Shown here: positions 7,809 to 16,398 of the stretch, one piece after another | How the letters are laid out: each line of letters opens with the position of its first letter | Position numbering within the stretch: the stretch's first letter is position 1 | Assembly: GCA_030064835.1 (NCBI GenBank) | Contig: JASJEE010000048.1 | Coordinates: forward strand, 2,293-26,292 | Direction: 5' to 3' | Origin: Microcoleaceae cyanobacterium MO_207.B10 | Lineage (GTDB): Bacteria > Cyanobacteriota > Cyanobacteriia > Cyanobacteriales > Microcoleaceae | DNA: 24,000 nt | Program-made: the position numbers and the translations under genes | The notes under the pieces: generated by a model | Told to the model about the DNA's origin: nothing | The model's input: only the letters and a program-made list of their open reading frames with translations | The model's database searches: none

Positions 7809-9155
7809 TTATTCATTATTAACAACTACCCGATTACGCCCTTCTTTCTTAGCAACATATAAAGCACTATCAGCATTTTTTAAGACTTTATTTATATCCA
7901 TAGATGAAGGAAAAAATGTGGCAACCCCAATACTAATTGTCACCTTAATTCTTGTGCCATCAAACAACTCAACTTTTAAATTTTCAATTGTCTGACGAAT
8001 ACGTTCAGCTAATACTTTGCCATTCTCAAGTTTAGTTTCTGGGCAGAAAATTGCAAATTCTTCTCCTCCCATTCTGGCTAAAATATCAGTAGTTCGGAGA
8101 CACTCCTTCAAGGAATAGGAAACTTTCTGCAAAACAAGATCGCCAACATCATGACCGTATGTGTCATTAATATTTTTAAAGAAGTCTATGTCTAGCACCA
8201 GGACTGTAGCTACTTCACCAGAACGCATCGCTCGCTTGGTTTCGATCTCAACTGTTTCAAAAAAGTGACGGCGGTTTGCCACCTGGGTTAACTCATCAGT
8301 GCTTGCCATTAATTGAATTTGTAGAGCTTTTTCTAGGAGGGATTCTAACCTTCGAGCCATCAGGGCAATTTCATCATTCCCTGTGACATGAATATGGGTT
8401 TGCTCAGATGTTTTGGGTACGCGAGCCAGGGATTTGCTAATAATCTCTAATCGTCGGGAAAACCCACGCTCTACAATTTTCCATTGTACTAATGTAATTA
8501 TCGCTATCGCTATTAAACTGATTGCAATAATCGATAGCATCGCATACCGTTTTACTGCAAAAACGGCATTTTTATCCTCCTCAAAATCATCAAGAATTCC
8601 TTGAGTGTACCCGTGGGATAATTTCACAAGTTGATTAGCAGTAGTTTGCAATTCTGATGATATTTTTATACTGGTCTCGAACAACTGAGTTTTTAGAGGC
8701 AGTCTTTCTGACTCTATTTCTAAGGAACTTGCCATCAGTTGAAAACTAAGTTGAGTTTCAGAACGAATTTTTTGGGCTAAGAGCAGTATTTGCACAATAT
8801 CTGCATCGACTCCATTTATCGAGAGGTTATTGCCAGTATCTTCAAGTTCAACTAGTAATTTATCGATTTTTTTATAGTTCTGATTTAGGGAATATTTCGT
8901 CCTAGACTCACTTAACGTCTGAACATCTGAGGCAATTTCTTTAACGATAAGGTCTAGCTTCCTTACTTTTTCTACTCTTAGTAAATCCCCTTCTATAAAC
9001 TGATCGATTGTGTATTCAAGCGCCTGCATGACAATTACTGAAGAAGTAGTTACCAATAACAATACCCCAATAGTAATAAAAAACACTAGAAACATTCTAA
9101 ATTTGATGGTGCTGAAAAAGTTCAATCCCTGTTTCTCTTCCTTAATCTCAGGCAT
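7809..9155 (-). CDS. Membrane-bound diguanylate cyclase (GGDEF) with a two-TM periplasmic sensor region
   Basis: It has a GGEEF active site preceded by the RxxD I-site with canonical spacing (RTTD-ILARM-GGEEF). TM1 is FLVFFITIGVLLLV and TM2 is MLSIIAISLIAIAIITLV. The start ATG lies 1 nt after the stop of the upstream binding-protein gene. Confidence 0.9.
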   Translation of the reverse strand: MPEIKEEKQGLNFFSTIKFRMFLVFFITIGVLLLVTTSSVIVMQALEYTIDQFIEGDLLRVEKVRKLDLIVKEIASDVQTLSESRTKYSLNQNYKKIDKLLVELEDTGNNLSINGVDADIVQILLLAQKIRSETQLSFQLMASSLEIESERLPLKTQLFETSIKISSELQTTANQLVKLSHGYTQGILDDFEEDKNAVFAVKRYAMLSIIAISLIAIAIITLVQWKIVERGFSRRLEIISKSLARVPKTSEQTHIHVTGNDEIALMARRLESLLEKALQIQLMASTDELTQVANRRHFFETVEIETKRAMRSGEVATVLVLDIDFFKNINDTYGHDVGDLVLQKVSYSLKECLRTTDILARMGGEEFAIFCPETKLENGKVLAERIRQTIENLKVELFDGTRIKVTISIGVATFFPSSMDINKVLKNADSALYVAKKEGRNRVVVNNE

Positions 9156-9156
9156 C

Positions 9157-9600
9157 TTAGTTTGTCCTCCACCTTTCTAGATAGAGTTGCCGATAGGGGC
9201 GGTCTATGTCAAAAAAACCTTGGGAATTGATAACACCAGCAACGTTCTCCTGAGTCACAATATAAGGTTGATTTACATAACCACTAGGAGGCTCGCCCAT
9301 TAAACTACGCTGCATTTCATCAACCAATTGCCAGCCGTGCATTAAAAGCGGTTCGGCAACAGAAGCATATTGAAAACTTTTATATTTTATTCGTAAAAGT
9401 GCCGAGAGACTACCATCTCCAGCAGATATATTTAGGGGAGGAGGAAACTTACTAGATACAAGTTCATAAATCGCACTATCGAAATATAAGTCATTGATAG
9501 CTAGAGAATGAGTCCATTTATCACCATAGAGTTTCTGGAGACGACGAATGGTAGGAGGCACTAAAGATGTAGTTTGATCTAGGGCTATCAACAGTATTAA
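9157..9600 (-). pseudogene. Periplasmic binding protein (type I, sugar-binding/TorT-like fold), C-terminal half, separated from its N-terminal half by the TnpB element
   Basis: LQKLYGDKWTHSLAINDLYFD...SAGDGSLSALLRI...VAEPLLMHGWQLVDEMQRSL is characteristic of the second lobe of a type I PBP. The upstream limit is uncertain (about 9576-9610), because the frame stays open by chance into element DNA. Confidence 0.75.
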
Positions 9601-9701
9601 AATAATTGGACATGCATTAAACATAAATAGACATTGACTATGATACAGTAGATTTATGTCTAACTTATTAAACTCTTAAAAAAGGTGGCCGATCAATTGA
9701 A

Positions 9702-10769
9702 ATGCAATCAATCAAGACTAAGTTAAAACTTAACAATAAACAAAAAACAATACTTGCCAAGCACGCAGGTGTAGCCCGTCATGCTTATAACTGGGGATTA
9801 GCTACTTGTATTTCTGAATATGAATCAAGCAAGAAACGACTGAGTGCCATCACTTTACATAAACGCTTGGTGGCTGAAGTTAAAAGTCAAAATCCTTGGT
9901 ATTATGAAGTATCAAAGTGCGCCCCTCAACAAGCATTAAGAGACTTAGAGAGGGCATTTAAGAACTTTTTAACTATCCCCAAATGTGGATTCCCTAAGTT
10001 TAAGAAAAAAGGGAAAAAAGACAGTTTCTATCTAGAAGGAAGCATTAAAATCCTCAAAGGAAACTATATAAAACTACCCAGAATAGGAATAGTAAAAACT
10101 TATGAAATCTTGCCATCTGTGCCCATCAAAAATGTGACCGTCTCACTCCGTGCAGATAATTGGTACATTAGCTTTAAATATGATAATGAACCAACCCATA
10201 CTGCCAAACAAAGGGATATTATCGGTGTAGATATAGGAATAAACACTTTAGCAACTTGTAGCGATGGCACACCCTTTGCCAATCCTAAAGCCTATCAGCA
10301 AGGCAAAAAAAGACTAACTCGTTATCAACGCCGTGTCAGCAAAAAGAAGCGTGGCTCTTTTAACAGAGCCAAAGCCGTAAAAAGACTTGCCAGACTTCAC
10401 AAAAAAGTAGCAGATATCAGAGCAGATGCACTTCATCAACTGACAACATGGTTAGCTAAAAACCACAGCACCATAGTGATAGAAGACTTGAATGTAAGTG
10501 GAATGCTCAAAAATCATAAATTGGCAAGTGCTATAGCAGACTGTGGTTTTTATGAATTTAAGCGTCAACTTACATACAAGTGTGAGTGGTATGGAAGCCA
10601 GCTCGTGATAGCTCCTAGATTTTATCCAAGTTCTCAGTTGTGTTCTCAATGCGGGCATCAACAGAAAATGCCGTTGAATGTGAGAACTTATAAATGTAGT
10701 GAATGTGGTTTCACTGCTGACAGAGATTTTAATGCTGCTGTCAACCTAGAAAACTATGTAAGTCAGTAG
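9702..10769 (+). CDS. tnpB: TnpB, RuvC-like RNA-guided endonuclease (IS605 OrfB family), apparently intact
   Basis: The 355-aa product has RuvC-I GVDIGINTLA, RuvC-II TIVIEDLNVSGM, the zinc finger CSQCG...CSECG, and RuvC-III ADRDFNAAVNL. The N-terminal KLKLNNKQKTILAKHAGVARHAYNWGL is typical. Confidence 0.9.
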   Translation: MQSIKTKLKLNNKQKTILAKHAGVARHAYNWGLATCISEYESSKKRLSAITLHKRLVAEVKSQNPWYYEVSKCAPQQALRDLERAFKNFLTIPKCGFPKFKKKGKKDSFYLEGSIKILKGNYIKLPRIGIVKTYEILPSVPIKNVTVSLRADNWYISFKYDNEPTHTAKQRDIIGVDIGINTLATCSDGTPFANPKAYQQGKKRLTRYQRRVSKKKRGSFNRAKAVKRLARLHKKVADIRADALHQLTTWLAKNHSTIVIEDLNVSGMLKNHKLASAIADCGFYEFKRQLTYKCEWYGSQLVIAPRFYPSSQLCSQCGHQQKMPLNVRTYKCSECGFTADRDFNAAVNLENYVSQ

Positions 10770-10902
10770 GTGGAGTTCCCACCGATTTGAAGCCTGTGGA
10801 GAAGATAAGTTGCAGACAATAGTCAGTGGTCTTCAGTGAAGCAGGAAGCTAGCTCCAAAGCTCATGCAATTCCCGCATGGGTAAGTTTGGGTAAGTTTAG
10901 TA
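10640..10902 (+). ncRNA. Predicted omega RNA (reRNA) scaffold overlapping the tnpB 3' end and the right end of the element
   Basis: This is inferred from TnpB biology. About 130 nt follow the TAG stop with local stems: GTGG-AGTTC-CCAC at 10770-10782, TGAAGCC...GGTCTTCA, AGCT-CCAA-AGCT, and CATGC-N7-GCATG. There is no expression evidence and the boundaries are not determined. Confidence 0.4.
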
Positions 10903-11592
10903 GAACGGAATATCTTCAAAGGATAGCAACCTGCAGCGCTCGCAACTTTCTAGAGCTTTAACCATCTGATTGGCTTTTTCTAACGCAATATTAATCCGGC
11001 TATCGGTGAAAATAACTACTCCTGCTAATTCTCCTGCTTTTGGCTGTACTAAGCCTGCTGCTGCTATAGCTACTTTACGAGAGTCGGTGGTGACATTGAC
11101 TTTCACAGGAGTATTAGCCACTGAACCTGGGTAAGGTGCTACGTGCCAACCCACAATGGGAATATTTTTTTGCTGATATTTTTTTAGATAATTATCGCTA
11201 GACATTGACACAATATCTCCTCCAACTAAAATTACCCCGTCCGCTTTGAGATTTAATCCTTTAATCAAAGACTGATGACCTATAGTCAGCGAACTACTGA
11301 TGTCAAAAATTTTTAGATCCCAGTTGAGATTTTGGCAAGCTTCTTGAATACCAACTACAACACCAATTATCCCACCATTTCGTAGGTCTTCGGCTAGTAC
11401 AACAACTGTTTTGTTAGAGGCATCTATTTTTTTCCATTTTAGGAATGGAAGTTTGGGAGCATAACTTAGGCACAAGATAATAATTAAGCTACCAATAAAC
11501 AGACTAACAAATAATTTTAGAATTTTGGGCTGCATAGGCATATTAAAGTTACTTGACAATAAATCATTATTTTCATTAATTATTTTAACCAA
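10900..11592 (-). pseudogene. Periplasmic binding protein (type I fold), N-terminal half with signal/anchor sequence
   Basis: It has a hydrophobic leader (KILKLFVSLFIGSLIIILCL), then VVVLAEDLRNGGIIGVVVG...ADGVILVGGD...IPIVGWHVAPYPG...AGVVIFTDSRINIALEKA. The frame runs into a TAA at 10897-10899 at the element junction. The true start may be the internal MPMQPK. Confidence 0.75.
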
Positions 11593-11765
11593 AATTATCT
11601 CTAATAAAGTAGAGTCCTAGAAAGTTATATAGCAATTCCCATAGTGATGAATTCAGGTCATTCCTTGGTTTTAGGTGGCAGGTGGTAGATGAACATTATT
11701 TGTTTATATAACAATTTATATACTGGTAAGGTACGCAAATTCGTTGGTGTTAGGGAACACTTAAC

Positions 11766-11814
11766 ATAGAATAGAATAGAATAGAATAGAATAGAATAGA
11801 ATAGAATAGAATAG
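11766..11814. repeat. Pentanucleotide microsatellite (ATAGA), about 9.8 perfect copies
   Basis: Read directly: ATAGA units run from 11766 to 11810, plus ATAG. It lies in the divergent spacer between the PBP gene and the photolyase gene. Confidence 0.95.
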
Positions 11815-12249
11815 CAATTAAAGATAGGTGTACCTTATTAGTCTGGGAAACGCTATATTTGTTCCATTTAATAATATTTTTTCCAATAGACCTCTCCCGA
11901 AAAGAGGGAGTAGGGAGTAGGGGGAAATAATTGATGATTTATAGGCAATAATTGATTTGATTTTTGATTATCGGAGATATCTAATTGTCAATGTCAAGTC
12001 TTTTCCCAATCATCCATTCATTTTTTCCATTTTTTTATTTTGATTACTAGAGTTGTACAAAAAATTTTTTTTCTGTCAAGTTGAATTTTTCACGGCGGTT
12101 TTGATTATAGATAGTAAAAATACTTAAAATAGTTCCTGTTTGAGTTTTAATTTCAGAAGCAAAATCTTTCTAACTCTTCTCTTGATTCAAAGTAAGCTAG
12201 AAGCTACAATAATTCCAATCTATTTAACTGTTAACTTTAAAGTCAAAAA

Positions 12250-13674
12250 ATGTCTCACTTAATTCTATTTTGGCATCGACGCGACCTACGCATTTCTGAT
12301 AATATTGGACTCAGTGAAGCAAACAAGCAAAGTCAAAAAGTAGTGGGTGTGTTTTGTCTGGATACAAATATTTTGCAACGAGATGACATTGCTCCAGCAA
12401 GAGTTACTTATATGATCGGTTGTCTGCAACAGCTCCAAAAACGTTACCAAGAAATAGGCACTCAACTACTAATAGTCTCCGGAAAACCTACAGAAGCTAT
12501 TCCAAAATTAGCAACTTTTCTCGAAGCAAAAGCAGTATATTGGAATCAAGATGTGGAACCCTATAGTAGGGAGCGCGATTACCAAGTTACGGAAAATTTA
12601 GCAAAAGTTGATATCCAAGTACAAACATTCTGGGATCAAATTCTCCATTCCCCAGAAGAAATATTTACCACTACCAACAAACCCTATAGCGTCTACACCC
12701 CATTCTGGAAAAGTTGGCGCGGACTCGAAAAAAAACCCCCAGTCGATACTCCCAAACTTACAGGTTTAACCAAAGACGAACAACAAAAATTGCCAGAAGC
12801 AGGAGTTATTCAGTTACCTACTGCCATAGAATTAGGATTTAATTGGGAGAACCCACTGCTGATAGAACCAGGAGAAACTGCTGCGTTAGATAAATTAGAA
12901 GAGTTTTGCGCTCGCGCCATCTACTCATACCAAGAACAACGCGACCTCCCTAGTGTTGACGGTACCTCCCAACTCAGTGCAGCTCTCAAATTTGGTGCTA
13001 TTGGTATCCGCACAGTTTGGGCTAAAACCCAAGAATTAACAGAAAATTGCCGGAGCGAGGAAGCATTTAAAAATATTGAAACTTGGCAAAAAGAATTAGC
13101 ATGGCGCGAGTTTTATCAGTACGTCATGTACCACTATCCTGAATTAGAAAAAGGACCCTACCGCGAACATTGGCAAAATTTCCCGTGGGAGAATAACAAA
13201 GAATATTTTCAAGCTTGGTGTGAAGGTAGAACTGGTTATCCGATAGTGGATGCTGCGATGCGTCAGTTAAATGAAATTGGCTGGATGCACAACCGTTGCC
13301 GAATGATAGTTGCTAGTTTCCTGACTAAAGATTTGATTATTAACTGGCAGTGGGGAGAGAAATATTTTATGCAAAAGTTAATAGATGGCGACCTGTGTGC
13401 AAATAATGGCGGTTGGCAATGGAGTGCGTCGAGTGGAATGGACCCAAAACCGTTGAGAATATTTAATCCTGCATCTCAAACACAAAAATACGATTCTGAA
13501 GCCGAATATATTCGGGGGTGGGTCTCAGAGTTGCGGAGTGTGGATACAGAATATTTAGTTACTGGTAAAATTCCTGAAGATGAACGGGAAAGTGTGGGTT
13601 ATCCCGATCCTATTGTTGACCATAAAAAACGACAACGTTTGTTTAAGTCTCTTTATCAGGAACAAAAAAATTGA
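12250..13674 (+). CDS. phr: Deoxyribodipyrimidine photolyase (class I CPD photolyase)
   Basis: LILFWHRRDLRISDNIGL, TSQLSAALKFGAIGIR, WQKELAWREFYQ, and GRTGYPIVDAAMRQLNEIGWMHNRCRMIVASFLTKDL...DGDLCANNGGWQWSASSGMD are all present. Confidence 0.92.
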   Translation: MSHLILFWHRRDLRISDNIGLSEANKQSQKVVGVFCLDTNILQRDDIAPARVTYMIGCLQQLQKRYQEIGTQLLIVSGKPTEAIPKLATFLEAKAVYWNQDVEPYSRERDYQVTENLAKVDIQVQTFWDQILHSPEEIFTTTNKPYSVYTPFWKSWRGLEKKPPVDTPKLTGLTKDEQQKLPEAGVIQLPTAIELGFNWENPLLIEPGETAALDKLEEFCARAIYSYQEQRDLPSVDGTSQLSAALKFGAIGIRTVWAKTQELTENCRSEEAFKNIETWQKELAWREFYQYVMYHYPELEKGPYREHWQNFPWENNKEYFQAWCEGRTGYPIVDAAMRQLNEIGWMHNRCRMIVASFLTKDLIINWQWGEKYFMQKLIDGDLCANNGGWQWSASSGMDPKPLRIFNPASQTQKYDSEAEYIRGWVSELRSVDTEYLVTGKIPEDERESVGYPDPIVDHKKRQRLFKSLYQEQKN

Positions 13675-13683
13675 TTTTGTGGA

Positions 13684-13887
13684 ATCTATAGAACCCATTT
13701 GGGATCTATTAGACATCTTCAAAAAGTAGGGCAGTAGGGAGTAGGGAGTAGGGAGTAGAGGAGATGGTAAAACAACAGGGCATTTTTCTACCTTTTTCCT
13801 CTATTCTAGATTCTCCATCTCCTGAATTCTGACTCCTTTACCAAAAACCCCTACCTTTGCAGAGATACACTTAGGGGTTCTATAAAT
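13684..13887. repeat. ~204-bp element bounded by inverted repeats (MITE-like or long imperfect hairpin)
   Basis: The outer inverted repeat is ATCTATAGAACCC (13684-13696) against GGGTTCTATAAAT (13875-13887), matching 12 of 13. Nested complementarity includes AAAGTAGGG / CCCTACCTTT and GAGGAGATGG (~13758) / CCATCTCCTG (~13820). It encloses a heptamer array. Confidence 0.5.
13725..13760 (+). repeat. Heptamer tandem repeat AGTAGGG (5 units, one interrupted, the last degenerate)
   Basis: Read directly. Two further copies lie at 11909-11922. Confidence 0.9.
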
Positions 13888-14320
13888 TTGGTTAAATGTT
13901 ATGCTAGAGAAAATTTCAACTATTATAGCACTACGCATTACGGCTCTTGACAGTTATAAATCCTGGAATCCTTTACAAGTCTACTGTTCCCTGTTCCCTC
14001 TTCCCTGTTCCCTAGCGCGTAGCGCTATAACTAATATCATGTTCGGTTAATCTGATTGGGAGGCGACGCATACAATCAAATAGTTCATGTTTGATGGCGA
14101 TCGCCTCCTGTTTACCATTAAACTACATAGGACTTGCTGATTAAATATAAAAGTCTTTATAGATAAAGGTAAAAGAGCTGTAATAGTCTTTCAAAAGTAC
14201 CAGATTATCTGCCTGAGCGGACGAAAAAATTGAGTATTTGGGTAAGATAGGGGCAGAAAAATCAAGGGATAATTTTTCGGAGTACATCCTCTAAAACTCC
14301 TGATTCCTCTTGACTCTTAA

Positions 14321-14360
14321 CTACTCCCTACTCCCTACTCCCTACTCCCTACTCCCTACC
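14321..14360 (-). repeat. Heptamer tandem repeat CTACTCC (the reverse complement of a rotation of AGTAGGG), 5 units plus a partial
   Basis: Read directly. It is in inverted orientation relative to the 13725-13760 array. Confidence 0.9.
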
Positions 14361-14399
14361 TTACCAAAAAGACTTTTGAGCGCAAACCCTACATATAAA

Positions 14400-15713
14400 C
14401 TACATAGTCAAAGACTGGGGATTAGTTTCAATTAACTTCGCCAAATCTTGCAAAAATGCAGCAGCATCAGCACCGTAAATAATCCGATGATCGCAAGTAA
14501 TATTCACCTGCATCTGTCGCTTCACTCCTAACATTCCCTCTGGAGTTGCCACCACTTGCGGTTGAGACGCACCGATAGCCAAAATTGAACCTTGACCTGG
14601 TGGTAAAATAGCATCAAATGTATTTACCCCAAACATTCCCAAATTAGATAGAGTAAAGGTACCAGTATTGTACTCTTCAGGTTGCAACTGTTTTGCTCGC
14701 GCCTTATCTACTAAACCTTTCCAAGTGCGAGACAAAGAATAAATATCCATCTTGTCAGCACTTCGCAAAACTGGTGTAATCAAACCACCGTCAGCCATCG
14801 CTACCGCCACTGCAACATTAATCCCAGAGGGATGCTGAATACCTCCCTCCACATAAGCAGCATTCAACAAAGGATGTTGTTGCAAAGTCATTGCTACCGC
14901 TTTTGCTAACAGAGCAGTCATGGTAACACCCTTAGACTTAATCTGTTTGTACAACCCATCCAAATTATCTGTAGTAATAGTGTAACCAACATGGAAAGTA
15001 GGCACAGATAAACTTGCAATCATATTCCGCACCACTGCATTTTGCAGAGTATTCATCGGCACAACTTGTCCTGGAGTTACTGGAGTTGGTGGCGCAGATG
15101 GAGGCGGTGGAGGAGTAGGAATAGATGGTTGAGTGGGAGCAGTGGGAGTAGCGATATTCGCTGGTACAGCAGCACTAGGAGTTGGAGTACGACCCGCAGC
15201 CGTTTCTACATCCTCGGCCACAATCCGACCGTAAGGGCCACTGCCTTTGAGAGTGCTTAAATCCACTTTCAATTCTTTGGCCAACTTCCGGGCACGAGGA
15301 GAAGCAATAATCCGGCCATTGCGACGACTTGGGTTTTCTGCGACTGCTGTTGCTGCGGAAGAGGATGAACTAGCAACAGCGGTAGCTTCGGAAGTAGAAA
15401 CAGAAGTTGTAGCAGCGGCTGTTTCTTGCTTGGGTGCAGACCCACCTTGCTGTTTTGCTTGTTCGATTTCTGCTTCTGTTTCGGCCAATAAAGCAATTGT
15501 AGACCCCACCGGAGCGGCATCTCCAGCTTCCACAAGAATTGTGGCCAGATATCCAGAGGAAAAGGATTCTACATCCATATCTGCTTTGTCTGACTCAACG
15601 ACTAGCACTGTTTCGCCTTTTTCCACCCAATCACCGGTAGATTTTTGCCAAGAAACAATTTTACCCTCGGTCATAGTTGAACTAAGGGCAGGCATAAATA
15701 CTTCGTTAATCAT
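14400..15713 (-). CDS. pdhC: Dihydrolipoamide acetyltransferase, E2 component of pyruvate dehydrogenase
   Basis: It has a lipoyl domain (VVESDKADMDVE), Ala/Pro/Ser/Thr linkers, an E3/E1-binding domain (ASPRARKLAKELKVDLSTLKGSGPYGRI), and a catalytic domain with DHRIIYGADAAAFL. Confidence 0.92.
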   Translation of the reverse strand: MINEVFMPALSSTMTEGKIVSWQKSTGDWVEKGETVLVVESDKADMDVESFSSGYLATILVEAGDAAPVGSTIALLAETEAEIEQAKQQGGSAPKQETAAATTSVSTSEATAVASSSSSAATAVAENPSRRNGRIIASPRARKLAKELKVDLSTLKGSGPYGRIVAEDVETAAGRTPTPSAAVPANIATPTAPTQPSIPTPPPPPSAPPTPVTPGQVVPMNTLQNAVVRNMIASLSVPTFHVGYTITTDNLDGLYKQIKSKGVTMTALLAKAVAMTLQQHPLLNAAYVEGGIQHPSGINVAVAVAMADGGLITPVLRSADKMDIYSLSRTWKGLVDKARAKQLQPEEYNTGTFTLSNLGMFGVNTFDAILPPGQGSILAIGASQPQVVATPEGMLGVKRQMQVNITCDHRIIYGADAAAFLQDLAKLIETNPQSLTM

Positions 15714-16100
15714 GTTAGTTTTCCGTCGTTTGTTTTGTGGATAAATTGTTTATAGCTTTTCTTGATTTTAGAGGTACAAAATTTGGGGTGTTAGGCAATA
15801 GGAAATAGAAAGTATAATGTACCCAATTTATACCGTTTCACGGAATTCAGAAGTCAGAAGTCAAAACTTGAATTTGATAGGCTCAAAACTTTGACAATAC
15901 AAAAGTTTCAGGCAATTTTTTGACATTTAGATTGTGAAACTATTTGTGACATCCTTAAAGTGAATTGGTATTAATAGATTGCTAGTTAGCTAGCCAGATG
16001 CTAGGAGCTAGAGAAAAGCATTATCTATATTAGCTTTGTCGATTTTTTGCTGTCAAATACTTTGGCTTCACTTGGTACATTTTATGAAAAATAAATTGGG

Positions 16101-16148
16101 ATTAACTGTTTGCTAATTACTAACTTTTTGTAGGGGCAAACAGTTAAT
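16101..16148. other. Perfect 13-bp inverted repeat with a 22-nt loop (hairpin)
   Basis: ATTAACTGTTTGC (16101-13) pairs with GCAAACAGTTAAT (16136-48). On the minus strand it is followed by CCCAAUUUAUUUUUC, so it could be a weak terminator about 250 nt downstream of the 16399 gene. Function is unproven. Confidence 0.5.
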
Positions 16149-16398
16149 GCCTACTTCAGCAAAGGAAAAGGAAAGCGAAAACTCAAAAAGTATTTTATCA
16201 GAGTTTTCAAATAGCTGATATACACAAGTTAAGAAATTTTAGGCAAGAGAAAATCGAGAACATAGAAACAAAAAAATAAGTGTATCTCATTAATGAGAAT
16301 ACAATTATCACATCAATCCCAAATATTTAATTATTTAAAATTATTTATTGGGATAGCCTAGTTTATCCTTCCCTATTCCTTACTCACCCTAATCTAAT

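Larger units (their letters stand above)
9579..10902 (+). mobile_element. IS200/IS605-family, IS1341-type element carrying only tnpB; ends approximate (left 9579-9612, right 10898-10906)
   Basis: It is bounded by the two halves of one PBP gene. There are no terminal inverted repeats, as expected for this family. A subterminal hairpin ACATAAAT/ATTTATGT lies at 9621-9659, and CATGC/GCATG at 10863-10879. No Y1 transposase gene is present. Confidence 0.7.

Noticed and set aside
9625-9700. Extension of the PBP C-terminal fragment upstream (EFNKLDINLLYHSQCLFMFNACPIIL...) as real coding sequence
   Set aside because: This stretch has no resemblance to binding-protein sequence and coincides with the left end of the TnpB element, including its hairpin. 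The frame is open by chance in AT-rich DNA.
8413-10661. Short antisense ORFs 8413-8604, 10100-10282 and 10452-10661
   Set aside because: They lie inside the GGDEF and tnpB genes on the opposite strand, so they are chance frames.
15042-15744. Three ORFs overlapping the E2 gene (15042-15260, 15247-15744, 15269-15535)
   Set aside because: They lie over the Ala/Pro/Ser/Thr linker of E2, where stop codons are rare in every frame. The products are low complexity, and E2 itself has unmistakable domains.
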